Shown here piece by piece: positions 12,219 to 25,507 of a stretch of 64,000 nucleotides of DNA. This DNA comes from Balanoglossus misakiensis (taxonomy: Eukaryota > Animalia > Hemichordata). The DNA is taken from contig CM082583.2 of NCBI GenBank assembly GCA_040954595.2, forward strand, positions 7,066,849 through 7,130,848, in the 5' to 3' direction. Position 1 is the first letter of the stretch, and every line of letters begins with the position of its first letter. Under the pieces are notes generated by a model. That model saw nothing but the letters and a program-made list of their open reading frames with translations, did not search any database and had not been told where the DNA came from. Position numbers and translations under genes: made by a program.

Positions 12219-15200
12219 GTAAAAAATAACACCCGCATGATGCTATATATCAATGATTGAGTGCTGGGCTATTTTCGAGTAAAGAATGCGCTATATCGAG
12301 TAGATCGGGGTTCTAGCAAGCTTCCCATTATGGTATTACCAGTGGATTTCATCCATATCAATGCATATACTGCAACCGATAGTTGTGTCACCTTTAACGC
12401 TGGCCTTTAATACTAGATTAGGCGCAGACTCGAACCGCGCGACATGAGAGAAGTGGCGGCCGGTGCTGCCGCGCTCGCGTTATCAGTCTCACAACCGACT
12501 CTCCCGGCCACCAATTAATTTAGTGAAAATTATAGCCTATTTTCAGTTACCCCCTGTGTAATGCGCGGTGATCGTCTGTTTATGTGCTGTGTGTGCACGT
12601 TGCGTTTCATCACAAGCGATTATTGCGTTTGCTCGAGAGGCAATTGACGGGCAAGAAGAGTCTTAGTTGTCGTTCTATTATTTATGCGTATTCATAATTT
12701 ACACCGGCGGCGACCCTCGATATCTCGTTTTAAGTATTTTTCATACGTCGAGCTGACGTTAGAATCCCGCGAACACGGCCGAGGGGCAAAGCAAAACCGA
12801 GGACAACTCCGGCGATCGAAATAAGAACGGTAGAACGATAGGCATAACTATATATTATGTGCGCAGGGGATCTCTCAATGGGGGACCTAAAACGCGTATA
12901 ATTTACCCATTGAGTCATAAGTGTATTATCACCCATACTTTGGCTGTATAGACATTTCATTCTTCTCTTGCAATCATTAATTTTCTTATGAAGCCCATTG
13001 TGAGAATTCACACGTTCTCTCCCTCTTTTCAAAAGCTCTCAAAATCTTTTCTTGGCAAGCTCGCTCAATGTCACGACGATTCTCAATATTCAATGGTGTA
13101 TTTTCTCTGCATGTTATTTTACACAAACAATTCCCAATCTGAAAATGCTGCGTTACTTGCCCATTCCCTGGTGCAGTTATTCGTAGATAAAAACATACCT
13201 TTTGGCTGTGTATACATGTAATAGAAACAATTATTACAGAACTACAACAACCCTCGTCTGTGTTAGGTAGATGTCTAATAGTTTGAGCACCGGAGTAGTT
13301 TTAAAAATATATCGGGTATAAATAAGTGTGTTTCAGTTATCGCGAAACTATCAATCAATTATCTGAGAATAAAAAAAACAATGTCAACAGAGGAGGATGC
13401 CAGGCACTATTGTTCTCCGGCGGCGGGGTTGGGGAGGCCATGGTGTATATTTCACCCCCAGCGCTGCCGTGTCGGTGACTGGCTGCATGGGTTGTCGCTT
13501 TTCATAATTTCAGGCAGGTCTTATACCTATTATATTTTCAGACTGGAATCTATTTTATTTCCATCGCTCGTTTCACGGTGTAATCGCCGCAATTTCAGTA
13601 ATTTGCTGCAGTAGTCGGCCGCTCCCTACAAAGTCATATCAATTGGGAAAAGCAGGATATTTGTGGAATCGTTCTCCAACAAGGTTAACCGTTTCTCTGC
13701 TTTAGTTAGGTGTTTATGTGTTTCCCCCTCTCCCCGAAACTTGTATTAGCAGCACCAATAATTGTTTATGCCTTTGCCAAGACAGGCGACCTCGATCATG
13801 TCCAATTTTCAGCGAATTACTTTGTTTTGACCAATTCGCCGAGTTTGGAAGCGGCGTTGCGTGTGTGTTGAAATTGTTATAATGCCGTCCATCCGCAAGA
13901 GTGACGTCGATTCCTAACCATTTTAGGGTCACAATTATAGTGTAGAGCGCATCAGAATCGAAAAAAATACCACTCTACTTTACACACTCATTGTTGTCTG
14001 AGTGTATGGAGTTCTGCGATTCGTGCCATCGTATACGTACGCCCCACAAGAGTAATATTCATTTCGGCCGATTGTGTTGATAAACTGCGAACATCGACGC
14101 CATCGGAAAGTGTTTCAACTGTGGTTTCACTGTAGGCCTATACATGCGAACCGAGATGAACTTTTTTTGTGAAACACCAGGTGATATTTTCATGAAGCTA
14201 TCTCGTGTTAAAATGAAAGCAGAAAATGTGCCCAATGAAATAATTTTCGCAGAATAACATTTTCAAGACTTTTTCTGGTCGGTTTAATTAGGCGCATTTT
14301 TCGATCCAAGTTTTTGAGTCATTATTTTGTAATTACTGGGCTCCGGAGCCCGGCGTGCGTCGCGCTAAGTGTCGGATATGGCGAAAAACTTTCGCTTTTA
14401 AATAACTTTTCCCCTCACAAAAGCGATGCAATTCTTAGTCTTTTTGTTATAATTGTGTTGGATGAGAAAAGGGAGTGAAAAAAAGCCCCCCCAAATATTG
14501 GTTTTTAAAACGAGGTAGGCTTTTTATGTATCGCCCATAATGCGATTTTGCCACACACCATAACCGAATTTACGAAGCAGCACTGGGGACAAAGTGGTAA
14601 ATTGAATTGGAAGCCGGCGTAAATAGACGCGGACGCCATTTTTCAATTTACACAATTAGGAGGCATTATTTCTTGTTAGCGAAAGTCGCGAGATGAGAGC
14701 GATTTTAAACGCTTAGAGTGAATACTGCATTGGTTTCGCCTTAAAACGCATTAGTTTCTGAAAACTACCCCGGTGGTGACTCTTAATCATATTCCCCCTT
14801 GATTCCTCACTCTGGGTCAGAAAAATGTGGATTAAAAATCCAAACTGTGTCCCCCAAGCTTATCACGTAAAACCGTTACACGTCACACTCTCTCAAAAAA
14901 CCGCCGAGCTGACCCACATCCGACGCCCGGGAACCGGTATGACAGCACCCGCTCTACGACAGAAAACTAAAGTCGAAAAGACACCCCACACAGAACAGAA
15001 TAATCAAAGAGCTAATCAAATCACACGTTTAGTTTACTCCCAAAACTTATTTTCTCCCCCGAACGACACTGGGTAAAGAACTGCTGTGCGGGGTTTGGGT
15101 GTCCGCCGCTATTTATATCCAACGTGCTCGGCATAATGGGCTGGTAATGCGACACAATTTGCAATCCGACAACGCATTCATATCGTCAAAATAACACTGA

Positions 15201-16901
15201 AATGAGCACAAATGGACTCATAAAATTTTCAATCGAGATCAATTTCACTTTTTCATTCGAATCAGCGACGCGGGAATATCGTATACTATTATCAAATCCT
15301 ACCATCTTTTTTTCACGTCTTCCAAGTTATCTGCCTCTCGCCTATAACCTACGTATTGGCTATAATCATGTTGTTTTTTACGCTAAGAGACTAAAAGAAA
15401 TCAAACTTCTTATTTTTTTCCAAGATCTTATTTTCGTTACCGCCAAATTGGTTTTAGAGTTTAATTCTTTTTCTGGGATTTTCGAGAGAGCTTGGTGGAT
15501 TCTCAGTGGCCTGACCTTAAACGGGTCTAATAGGCTTCATAAAGACAGAATGCCCAGTCATTTCCACTAAAACTTTGTTATACATCATTTCGAACTGCGC
15601 TCGACGGGAAACGAATTCGATAACTGTAAATGCGATTTCGTGACAGAGTGCAGATTTTTGTATTCAACTGATTTGGCGAAAGTAACGCCTATCGCGCGGT
15701 CACTGACACAGACAAACAATCGAGTTAGAATAAAGCTAAAAGAAACGTCGCTTTTTTATTTAAAATGGGAGGGGGCAGTAAGTATTGGGCGTTCTTTGGA
15801 CATAAAATAAATAAATAAACAGTTCATTAGCACTTCGCGATCAACACAAGTTTTTGTTACAACCCATGTCTTCATATCGCTCACGAATAAATCAAATGTT
15901 GGATTTCACTTTTGATGTCACCAAATATTTTACAAAAAATAGTGGCGACCGAAATATTGCCAGGAAAGTGATAACTAATCGCGTTCAGTTGTCAAAATAT
16001 TAAACTTGCTAAATGCACACAAATCGACTGACAGGTCACCTCAAAGCCCGGACCCCTTTCCTGTAGCGAGCTAAGATCACAAGTATCTTGTAAACGTGTG
16101 GTACATTCATCCCCTTCACGCTAATTGGCCAAGTTACCCGGAGCAAGGCACGTCCAGCTACAGGCAAAACAAACTCATCCGACGTTCTGAGAGCACGGGA
16201 TTAAGCCAAGAAAATCACCGACAAAATTGTAAAATTTCCAATACAACGACTTCGACGGATTTATCGTCGAATTAAGACAGCGTTGGGAGTCAAAGGAGCA
16301 CGCGGTGGACTGTTGAAACCGGCCCCGCTGAAGACGCTTAGTTCCGCCCAATTATCAGAGTAGTCGGTCCCTACCCTCTCTTCCCCGGACTTCGGAATTG
16401 TATCCAGCTTATCCCTTCCGGGCTATCTCCGTGCAAGATTATATTTACTTTATCAACTGCAGATTAGTAATGTTTAAAAAATGATTGGGAAAGCGAAGGG
16501 TTTAGGGGCAGCCAGCGATATACCATTAAAATTTCAACAGGGTATTTTTCTACCCACCCAGGGGCAATATAATATCTCTAAACGCACTCAAGTAGTTGCC
16601 CGTATAGCAAGTCGGGCCACAATAACTACACATAATATTTATATAGATTATCATGAGTGTTCATCTCCGCTCAGTGGCGTGTATACTCAACAACTACTTA
16701 TTAGCGTTCTCAATGGAAGGCGAGGTGCTGTCTGGACGGGCCTCCCCAGAAGACCGTGGCTTTCAGAAAGAGCCTGCAACATATTTAGAGTCGATCACAT
16801 TTGTCTCTGGTTATCTGCTAATAGAGTGATTTTTTAAAAGTCTAATTGATGATGATGATGGTGATTATGATGGTGATGATAATAATGACGACGATGACAA
16901 C

Positions 16902-16934
<33 letters not shown>

Positions 16935-16948
16935 GGTGGTGGTGGTGG

Positions 16949-16983
<35 letters not shown>

Positions 16984-19861
16984 TTGGTGGTGGTCTAACG
17001 GCGGTTCCGTCCTCATCAACGACGGTGTGTCCGTGATAATCAATCCTTTTCAAGCGACCTCCAGCCGAGGTCCTCTTTTTGTGTTCGGGCTTTCATCTAC
17101 TGACACCAATTCGAAACAAGGGTGCATGCAGCGAAAGCATCCCTTCCGATCTCTGTGATTTTTGCTACAAACAGGAAAGCAACGAAATCCGTATACCGAC
17201 TTTCAAGCGCCATTACTTGCATAACTCATCTTTAGTTTTTGTCATTATATTGAGCATCAGTTTACGGCTATCTCGTAATTGTACCCTCAACGTCATGGGA
17301 GAATATGGTTCCGACTTCTCTAACCAAAAAATAGTTTTTTTTCTTGCTTTAATTCATAGGAATCAAAGAACGCCTTAGACAACTACACAACGCAAATTTC
17401 ATTAAAAAAGTATGCGTGGATTGAACGCTGAACTAATTAGGGCTCTATTGGATCGAGACTTTCTGAAAGAGATAGCACCTTAATGTATGTTATTGTCCAA
17501 AACAACCATTGAAGGAATAAAATCTTCTCTTTACCACTGCCATCATTGGCATAATTTTCTTTTCATTAGAGCATAAAGCAGCCTCGCTGGGTGTCTATTT
17601 ACAGTAAAATAGCTGTCTTAATGGCAAGGAATGCATTGACGGTGTCTGAAATCGACAAGCGACAGCAACTGCGTGAAATCAAACAACGCATCAGGCTTAA
17701 TCACTGTTTAAACGCTGCATGCCATCAGCGTCAAAGAGGGGCTCTCTCGCCCAGCCACCATGAATACCCGTATCGCAGATATCCACGCGTTTCAAATATT
17801 GAAATTGACAACATACCATCATTTGTTTACAAGAAAAAAGAACTTGATCATAGGCGACAGTTTTTTTTTACCTCAAGGGTCTTTCTTAAGAATGAATGCG
17901 ATTTAAGTGTGTTTTCGCTGCGATTATGCCGCGTTTAAATTTTGTCTCGTGATCAGAAGGTTGTAAATATCTGTTGTCGGTTGCACAAATGGGAAGAAAA
18001 TTGTATTTATTCGTCGGGACAATTCGCATTGTGGCGGCCCTACGTTTCTATCGTCTTCCTTCTTCCTCTATTGCGACACTGTACATAGTATAAATATCGG
18101 TAATCACATTAGTCGCACGGGGCGATTGGCGCGCTCGCCTGGCTTTGAGCCTGTCACTTTTGATTTAGCTCCGGCATAGTGTTTTCATTGGGCCGCATTA
18201 GAGGAATATGTATCTCAAATATGCTGGCCATTGCGTCTGATAGCGGCACGTCATTCACAGTACCAAAGTTCATCCGGATACATGTCAAATTCAATCGTCA
18301 ACAGAGCGGGTTCCCGACCCACTCCGCTTATTTGTCGTGCACGGGGGCGCCGCAGACTTCTCGTCGCGAAACTCATAAATATTCATTGGCGTGCCTGCAA
18401 AAATCAGACATACGGAAGTATGTCACTCCGCCGTGTTTCCCCCCGCGACAACGCGTTACATCTCTGATGGGATTTTACGGATTGCAACGTGTGATTTTAA
18501 AGAGAGAGAGACAGAATAACATTGGGCAAGGACTATCTATCCAAATACTTAATCGAAATCTATCAAACTCTATCCAAATACTTAACGCCATTCAGTTCTG
18601 AAACAAACAAGATATTACCAGAAAAGCACCGCACAATCCCATGACTTTCAGTCCGCACCATAATTTGTCGGGGAAAAAGCGTCCCATACTTCAAGCTCCC
18701 GGCCCGAGTCACATTTTAATACTTAGTGAAGCACTTTATTCCGACATCAACCAAAGCATTTGATTGATTTAAGAACAGGAAACAGAAACATTTGCGCTCA
18801 TTGCGGCGTATTAATGACCACGGTCATAAATTTTGCAGATCTTATGGCAATTTTGTCAAAACCCGCAATTTAGACATTTTCCCGTTCTTCCCAGATGCTA
18901 GTGTGGTCGTTTCCATCGTATAATTGAAGTGGCTGTTAGGATTGTGTGCATGTGAATAAGAAAGCACCGTGTCAATAATCCGAATAGCATTAAGATTACT
19001 CAATAAACTTTCACTGCGCTGAGCTGCAGACTCCTGGCCCTATCCAAACTCAGCCATGTATACTTCTGTCATATACAAGAACCTTATAAAGGTTACTGGA
19101 CAAACCGTCTCGTTTACTTCATAGAAAAGAAAGCCTAAACAGTGATCGTGGACGTAGCTCGTGAAGGAAAAAAAACCCTTGCCAATCGACCTGCGTCTGT
19201 TCCGACCAGAACAACAGACATACCTAAGTCTGGCCAAAACCCACAATCTTGACAATAATAGAAAGGGTTATATCAACTAATTTGGACTTCTAAATTCGGA
19301 GAATGGCACAAGCTGCAGACTTTAACGAGGAAAATAATTGTTAACTGCAGCAGAGGAAATTCTTTCATCACTCTGCCTTCATGGCAATTTAATGTTTATA
19401 TTCTCATTATAAATGCATGAGTGATAATTCCGGGGGAACTACCGGGACTGTTTTTACCAGACACTTGTTAGAGAACTTCCATTTCCCTGAGCACTTTCAT
19501 GTCTCCTTTTGTAAGTTTTAAAATCATTGTTCGGTGACGGAGACGAATTAATTCGATGTGTACATGCACGCTTCCGATTCTTGACCAGTGCTCGAACAAT
19601 TCCTACGCCCCACTTAAAAGCTGGCTCCCTCTCTGAACTGACCGAAATTCCGGAGTTTAGAAAGAAAAATCGTCTAGTCTTTGTTTGTCACGATTTAACT
19701 GCCATTTCTCCGGCTACCCGCGGTGGATGTTTGTATTAAAACACAGGAAAACGTTGTTGAATTACTTATGTATGCTGAATATTTCATTTTCTGTTGCTGG
19801 CCTGGACTCCGTTTTCTCTGCTCGACACTCACAGGTGCTTTCGTTCTATCTCGTCACACAG
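12219..19861 (+). other. rx: rx intron 2 (7643 bp, phase 0, within the homeobox)
   Basis: GT..AG at RVQ|VWF, the canonical PRD-class intron position. Confidence 0.95.
16847..16994. repeat. Compound trinucleotide microsatellite (GAT)n/(GGT)n
   Basis: Directly visible in rx intron 2; it produces the spurious poly-His and poly-Ser/Pro ORFs on the - strand. Confidence 0.95.
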
Positions 19862-20386
19862 GTATGGTTTCAGAATCGGCGGGCTAAGTGGAGACGCCAG
19901 GAGAAGATGGAAGCGCAGCAGATGAAACTGCAAGAGTATCCCATGACGGCGCTCCAACGGAACAATCTGTCGCTCAACAGCCCCCTACCGATGGATCCCT
20001 GGCTGACGCCGCCGATCGCCAACACCACCGCCATGCACGCGCTGCCCGGGTACCTGCCACCACTCGGCCACGCGCTGGGCCCACCGCCGGTCACCTCCTA
20101 CCCACTCATGCCACCGACTTCGACCACTCTCACTGCAAGTCTAACAACTCTGGGCTCAATCAACCCGAACTTGAGCTCCATCAGCCCGACCACACCCACC
20201 GCCATTACAGCGCTCCCGCCGACGTCGTCGTCGTCATCGTCGCCACCGTCGTCGTCGTCTGCGGAGCAGCAAAAATTGGACGAAAATGACCCGCGGAGTT
20301 CGAGTATAGTGTCCTTGCGAATGAAGGCGAAGGAACACATTGCTAGTCTGGGGTCCACTTGGCACGGAAGTGACGTTGCATTGTGA
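19862..20386 (+). CDS. rx: Rx coding exon 3 (helix 3, Rx domain, OAR)
   Basis: Acceptor cacacag|GTA; encodes VWFQNRRAKWRRQEK, Rx-domain PLPMDPWLTPP and OAR motif DPRSSSIVSLRMKAKEH; stop TGA ends at 20386. Confidence 0.96.
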   Translation, partial: VWFQNRRAKWRRQEKMEAQQMKLQEYPMTALQRNNLSLNSPLPMDPWLTPPIANTTAMHALPGYLPPLGHALGPPPVTSYPLMPPTSTTLTASLTTLGSINPNLSSISPTTPTAITALPPTSSSSSSPPSSSSAEQQKLDENDPRSSSIVSLRMKAKEHIASLGSTWHGSDVAL

Positions 20387-21441
20387 CTAGCAAGCCTGGT
20401 GAAAAACTGACAAAAATTGACAGTCATGCAAAGCACAGGATTCTGAATGTCCAAACCTGGGTTCAAAGTTCACGCCCCTCGCGTGTTATTTTCTGTAGAT
20501 AGACAAGAATTTGTCAAAACATAGATATACAGGGTGTTATGTGAGAACTTTTCCCCAAAATTATATTTCGGCTGTATTGTATTTTATTTATTTATTATTT
20601 TTTCCATAAAACAAGAAATACAAAAATGGCGAATTTTCACCGGCCAGGATGAAAACCAAAACCGAGAATTAATTTGTCTAAAACGTCCGTCTTAATGAGC
20701 GGGCCAATGTCTTTTTTTCAATCAAAGAAATGACTTCATGTGCACTAGTTTCCTTCAGAGGATTAAATATCATAAAAAAGAGTCACTTTTATTTTTCTCT
20801 TTTGTTGAATGAAGAATTTGAATTCAATTGGGAAAGAAAGGTGGTGGCAGAGGCTAATATCAAAATAGGAAGCTGTGTATCGGTCAGAGCCCGCGCCTTG
20901 TTAGCAGAATTCAATACGACCATGTGCCTCATATTATCTTCAAATTAATAACCGAATGATTGAATACTGTTCGTCAAAACGCCCTCAGGGCAGAAAAAGT
21001 GCACAACTTGACCCGACAGCAATAGTCGACGGGCGTTTTCGCTTCTTCCTTTTTTTGAAAAAAAAAAAGATGTAAATGAGAGACAGTGAACTCATTGTCA
21101 GTCGGCGACGTGCGCTGTGTCTGCAACAGCTCGCACGGGGCTTTCACCGCAAACTGCGCAACGCAAGGCGCTGTTTGTTCGCTCTCGTGTGTGTTTGGCG
21201 CTCAAACAATTCCGAGCGCACGATATCGGTGTGTGCACATAATCTGCCGTGTACCGCAACTGAAGGCAAGCAAACAATCACGCACTAAAAACCAAAATAA
21301 TAGAGAATTAATCTGTCGTATTTTTGAGAAATTAGGTGGCTTTGCATGTTTTGAAGGCAAAACCTGAACATAAGACATAACACGTACACCACCCATTAAT
21401 CGGTACTGCCATAAACACCACATTTTCAATTTGCCTTTTTA

Positions 21442-21447
21442 AATAAA
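21442..21447 (+). terminator. Candidate rx polyadenylation signal AATAAA
   Basis: AATAAA ~1.05 kb after the stop, followed by GT-rich gtgttgtgg at ~21465. Confidence 0.4.
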
Positions 21448-24400
21448 AAAAATACATAAATAACGTGTTGTGGAAGTAATATGAACAACAATGTACAAAT
21501 TTGAACGTTTAACATTGAAACCATACGTGCTACAAAACCAACATGTATAGTATTGGATTTGGTTTCAACTGTGGTATTAAAACTTTTTCTTCGATGTGGT
21601 ATTTTAGAATTCGGTATTTTAATTAATTTCAAATCAGTATTCCAAAGCTGGAAAAATGTTATACTATGGGACCTGGAATCACGTCCCCGCAACATACGAA
21701 GCCTCTGTGCGTCAAAGCTTGACGACTGAAGTCAAAATTATTCCTCCAAAACTAACACGCAATCAAGACTGATCTCAGTAAGCAGGAAACGCTAAAATGA
21801 CTCCCCTGTACATTTTCATGACAAATACGGTCGTCCGGAAGCCTTTGATCAATTAAGTGCGGGCGATTTTGTCTGTGGAGGATTCCAGTGGCGAGTGGAC
21901 GGGAATGAGAAATGAGGGCAAGGGCAGCGACTGGCAGCGGCGATTATCAACCCCGGACTACAAGTCAGGCAGACGTAATACAGGGTGTCGTTGAGTGAAA
22001 CAGACTGGACTGGTTAGATACTCGAAAAATTATACACAGGAAATTGACAATGGTTCGGAGAGACCGAGAAATTGAAATTCCAAGATTAGCAGTCAGGCGA
22101 TTTGGATTTGCTTCGACAATAACAAGGGGCTGGGGGAATTTGGCTGCTTGCAGTAGTGGTTGTAATTATCATCAGAGCGGGGAGCCTGCAACTGACATTG
22201 CATTTCGTGGATTGCGATTTCAAGATGAGAGGTTAGCAGTCAGTATGGATCGTCAGCGACGACGTGTAAGGCTAGTATGCAAAGACCTTCCACTTCAGAA
22301 TCGCCACGCTTTTACCGATCCATACACGACACAGGCGGATAAAAAAATACGAAACGGCAGAAACACTCCCGGCCAGCGGTGAGGGCTGGGTCGGTCCGTC
22401 CCGCCGGAAAGCCGATGCTTGTTATTGTAAAAATTATATAAAACACGCATGGTCGTAAATTCTCCCTTTCCCGCTAACTGAAAGCTCGGTTGAAGTACGT
22501 CTGCTCATGCACGCATGCTAGCGAAAGCATCCTGAATTCCCAGGATCAGCTGATGATGAAATTGGCGGGAGAACAGTGACCGGGGATCTCACATTGGAGA
22601 GTTAATATTCCTCTATTTACGAGGTCAATTTTGCTTTTATGAACTACAAGGTACATTAAGCGAACTATTTTAGGTGTTCCCGAAGCAGTTTGTTTGTCAT
22701 CCAGTAATTTTTTTCCTTATTTCCCTCTTTATTGGTCATTTTACGGAGCATTTGACTGTAATAGAGATGGTACATATATTGTTATTCAATCTCCCAAATG
22801 CAATAAACTCTATATGGACAAACACGATACACGCAGCCTCCATCTGTCTCCCAGTCATAAGTATCGTCGCAGTGGCATAAAATAAATATGGCGTTCAAAG
22901 TTAGATCATGCTCAGATCAAAATGATACCCGTGTCCACTAAAAATATACCTTTTAAAAGTTTCCCTTGCCATTGTTTCGAGTTAATTGTTCTGTTGCTTA
23001 GATTTTGTCGCTCTCTTTAGCGTTTATTAAAAGTCACTGAAGTCGCTCTCACACACAAAAAACGCAATCAGAACAAAGCCACCACCAGCCAGCATCCTCC
23101 TGAGTTTGAATCCGACCACGGTGGGTGCGTGGATGTGACACAGACTCCAGACTTATTACAACGTGATGCACGCCACTCGATGATTTAATATTTTTCTCAC
23201 AGCCGAATCGTCATATCCCGTGAGGCGGATACGGAACGATGTCATTTTTTCTGATCCAGGTTCGAATTTTCTCAGCCTGGTGCACACTAAAGATTCAACT
23301 GGATCACATCACACGGACAAGCGGAACCTATACCAGTTGATAAAACAAGGCAATCTAATGACACTTAAGTGTTTGTCGATTCACATCTTGTCAAAATCGG
23401 AATAGTAAAATTTTTAGCGTTTCTCATCATACGCGCCGGCAATTTCGTTTTAAGTCGGTTCATTTTCGCCAATGATCTTGGCTAGACGACACTGTACAAC
23501 ATGGTTTACAATAGGGATTTCAGAGTGAGATTGGTCGGTTTATACGTACGTGTAACCTTTCGATTACTGCGGGCACAGAGCCCCGTTGACCCGTGAAGTT
23601 GTCCGCACCGTTTCTGAAGTAGCAGCCGCGGCTTATTTTGTCAAAGCGATCTAAATCTTACAATCCTTCTTATTTTGAACGTGTTTACTGCGGGACACGA
23701 CATTTAATATGGGAAAGGAATGCGATTCAGAAGCCATCGAGGGGTTACATGTGAGCCCGGGACAAAGGCAATTTTTTTTGAAGAGCGAGGCAGAGGGGAA
23801 GAGGTGGCATAAACCGGGACTAATTGATTGTGTTTTGTTCAGTTGCTGCCGGGGTGCGACAGAATGCCCCCGTCTATAGCAGAAAGAGCGAGTCGTTCTC
23901 CGACGCGACCGCTGTTGCATGGCTTTCCAAAAAAAAGCGGCCCAAAAGCTACCTATTAGCGCCGCATTGTGCTCCGTTCAAATATTAATACGGTCTGTGT
24001 GGAGTGGGAGGCAGCCCCCTTTCACGACAGATCAATGCTGGGGAGGCGGGGCCTGAGCTCACCCCCAAGTATTGGCTATAGTGGTAACGTAAGAACCCTG
24101 GCGCCGGACTTGCAAATTAACGAACCTCTTATCGTTGTTTAGCACCCTATGTCCGTGCGGATGAGCAGCGTCAATTGGGCCCTTACGCCCCATCGAGCCG
24201 GCACCATACGTGTCAAATGCGACAAATGAGAGCCTTCTATTGGCACAAAGGTCTATGTATTTTGGCCTGTGTAGTACTGGTGTGAACGACCCGGCCCAAG
24301 ATGCAGATCCAATAACACCTTCGTTGTTTTAAGCCCACCGCATTCCGGTCTCAGAGCAGAACGGACATCTTGAGACAATAGTCAATGACGATCTTTTAAT

Positions 24401-24643
24401 TCACGCCCGTCTTCATTAGGGATCGGGTGACTGCCTCCAGTGAACCCCCTTCTCCCTTCTCCACGGGGCGCCCTTCGTCAATAGGCAACAAAAGCGGGGG
24501 GAGAACTATCGCCTTATCGATGTTGAAAAGATGATGAGAATTCGATCACATCGGATCATTATGGAAAATGCCGGGAACCCCGCAGAATCATTATAAAAGA
24601 CACAAACACCTTTGAAGGTGCTGAAAAAAGATCATTTTCCTTA

Positions 24644-24686
24644 TGAATGTGAATGTGATTGTGAACGTGAATGTGAACGTGAATGT
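24644..24686. repeat. Hexamer tandem repeat (GTGAAY)n
   Basis: tgaatgtgaatgtgattgtgaacgtgaatgtgaacgtgaatgt. Confidence 0.85.
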
Positions 24687-25412
24687 TTATCAGAGTGTTG
24701 GATAACCGCGATAACCCTTGTGATTATTTCTGAACACGCGGTTCTGTGCCGTTGGGATTTTTTTTCAAGAAGTAGAAATATTTAAAGATAGCTGAAACTT
24801 CCTGATTGACGGTTGAAACTGACACCGAGAGAGTCCACCTACACACTTTCGAAATGTCACACGCGACTGACGGACTTTTGAGTGGTCCCTGACAGTCAAG
24901 GGAAGATGACAAAAAGGGGGCACCGACATTTGCTCTGAATCATTTCGCATCGTCCTACACACGCCCGTTATTCGCGCTTGTTTGTTACACATTATCTTAG
25001 TACCCGATAATTTTAATTGCCATAGTTGGCCGCAATGCTGTTGCCTCAACCAGCCACTGAATGTAAAGACAGAAAACAATTAATTACCTGGAATTCTTGG
25101 CATCTAAACGCCATGGCACGCTGTAGTTCTTGGAAGTTGGTGATCTGGAAAATAATTACAGAAAACAAAGGTAAGACTGACTAGTTTGTTATTCGTTCCA
25201 AATCATTCACTTTTATGTCGTCGATGTACAAACCAAGCAACACATTAAGCAATAATTCGAACGTTTTGTGAATGCGCATGATGGGTATGTAAAGATAATT
25301 TAATATCTCTCTATGGGCAATCGAAATACACTATTGACGCGGAAAGTTATAAAGAAGTTAGTTAACTTTCTTAACATCACATAAACATGTATCCAGTCGA
25401 ATATTTTGCTTT

Positions 25413-25507
25413 CCAACCAACCAACCAACCAACCAACCAACCAACCAACCAACCAACCAACCGACCGACCGACCGACCGACCAACCAACCAACCAACAAA
25501 CAAACAA
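25413..25507. repeat. Compound tetranucleotide microsatellite (CCAA)n(CCGA)n(CCAA)n(CAAA)n
   Basis: Directly visible. Confidence 0.95.

Noticed and set aside
12421-12512. Pol III B-box-like GGTTCGAGTC on the - strand (possible tRNA or SINE)
   Set aside because: There is no convincing A-box or cloverleaf.
16834-17053. Poly-His and poly-Ser/Pro ORFs on the - strand
   Set aside because: They are translations of the (GAT)/(GGT) microsatellite in rx intron 2.
19870-20466. Antisense and alternative-frame ORFs over rx exon 3 (similar ones overlap the other exons)
   Set aside because: They are shadows of GC-rich coding sequence with no recognisable domains.
25166-25176. Strong donor-like AAG|GTAAGA in the spacer
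   Set aside because: It is isolated with no supported exon, and such matches are expected by chance.
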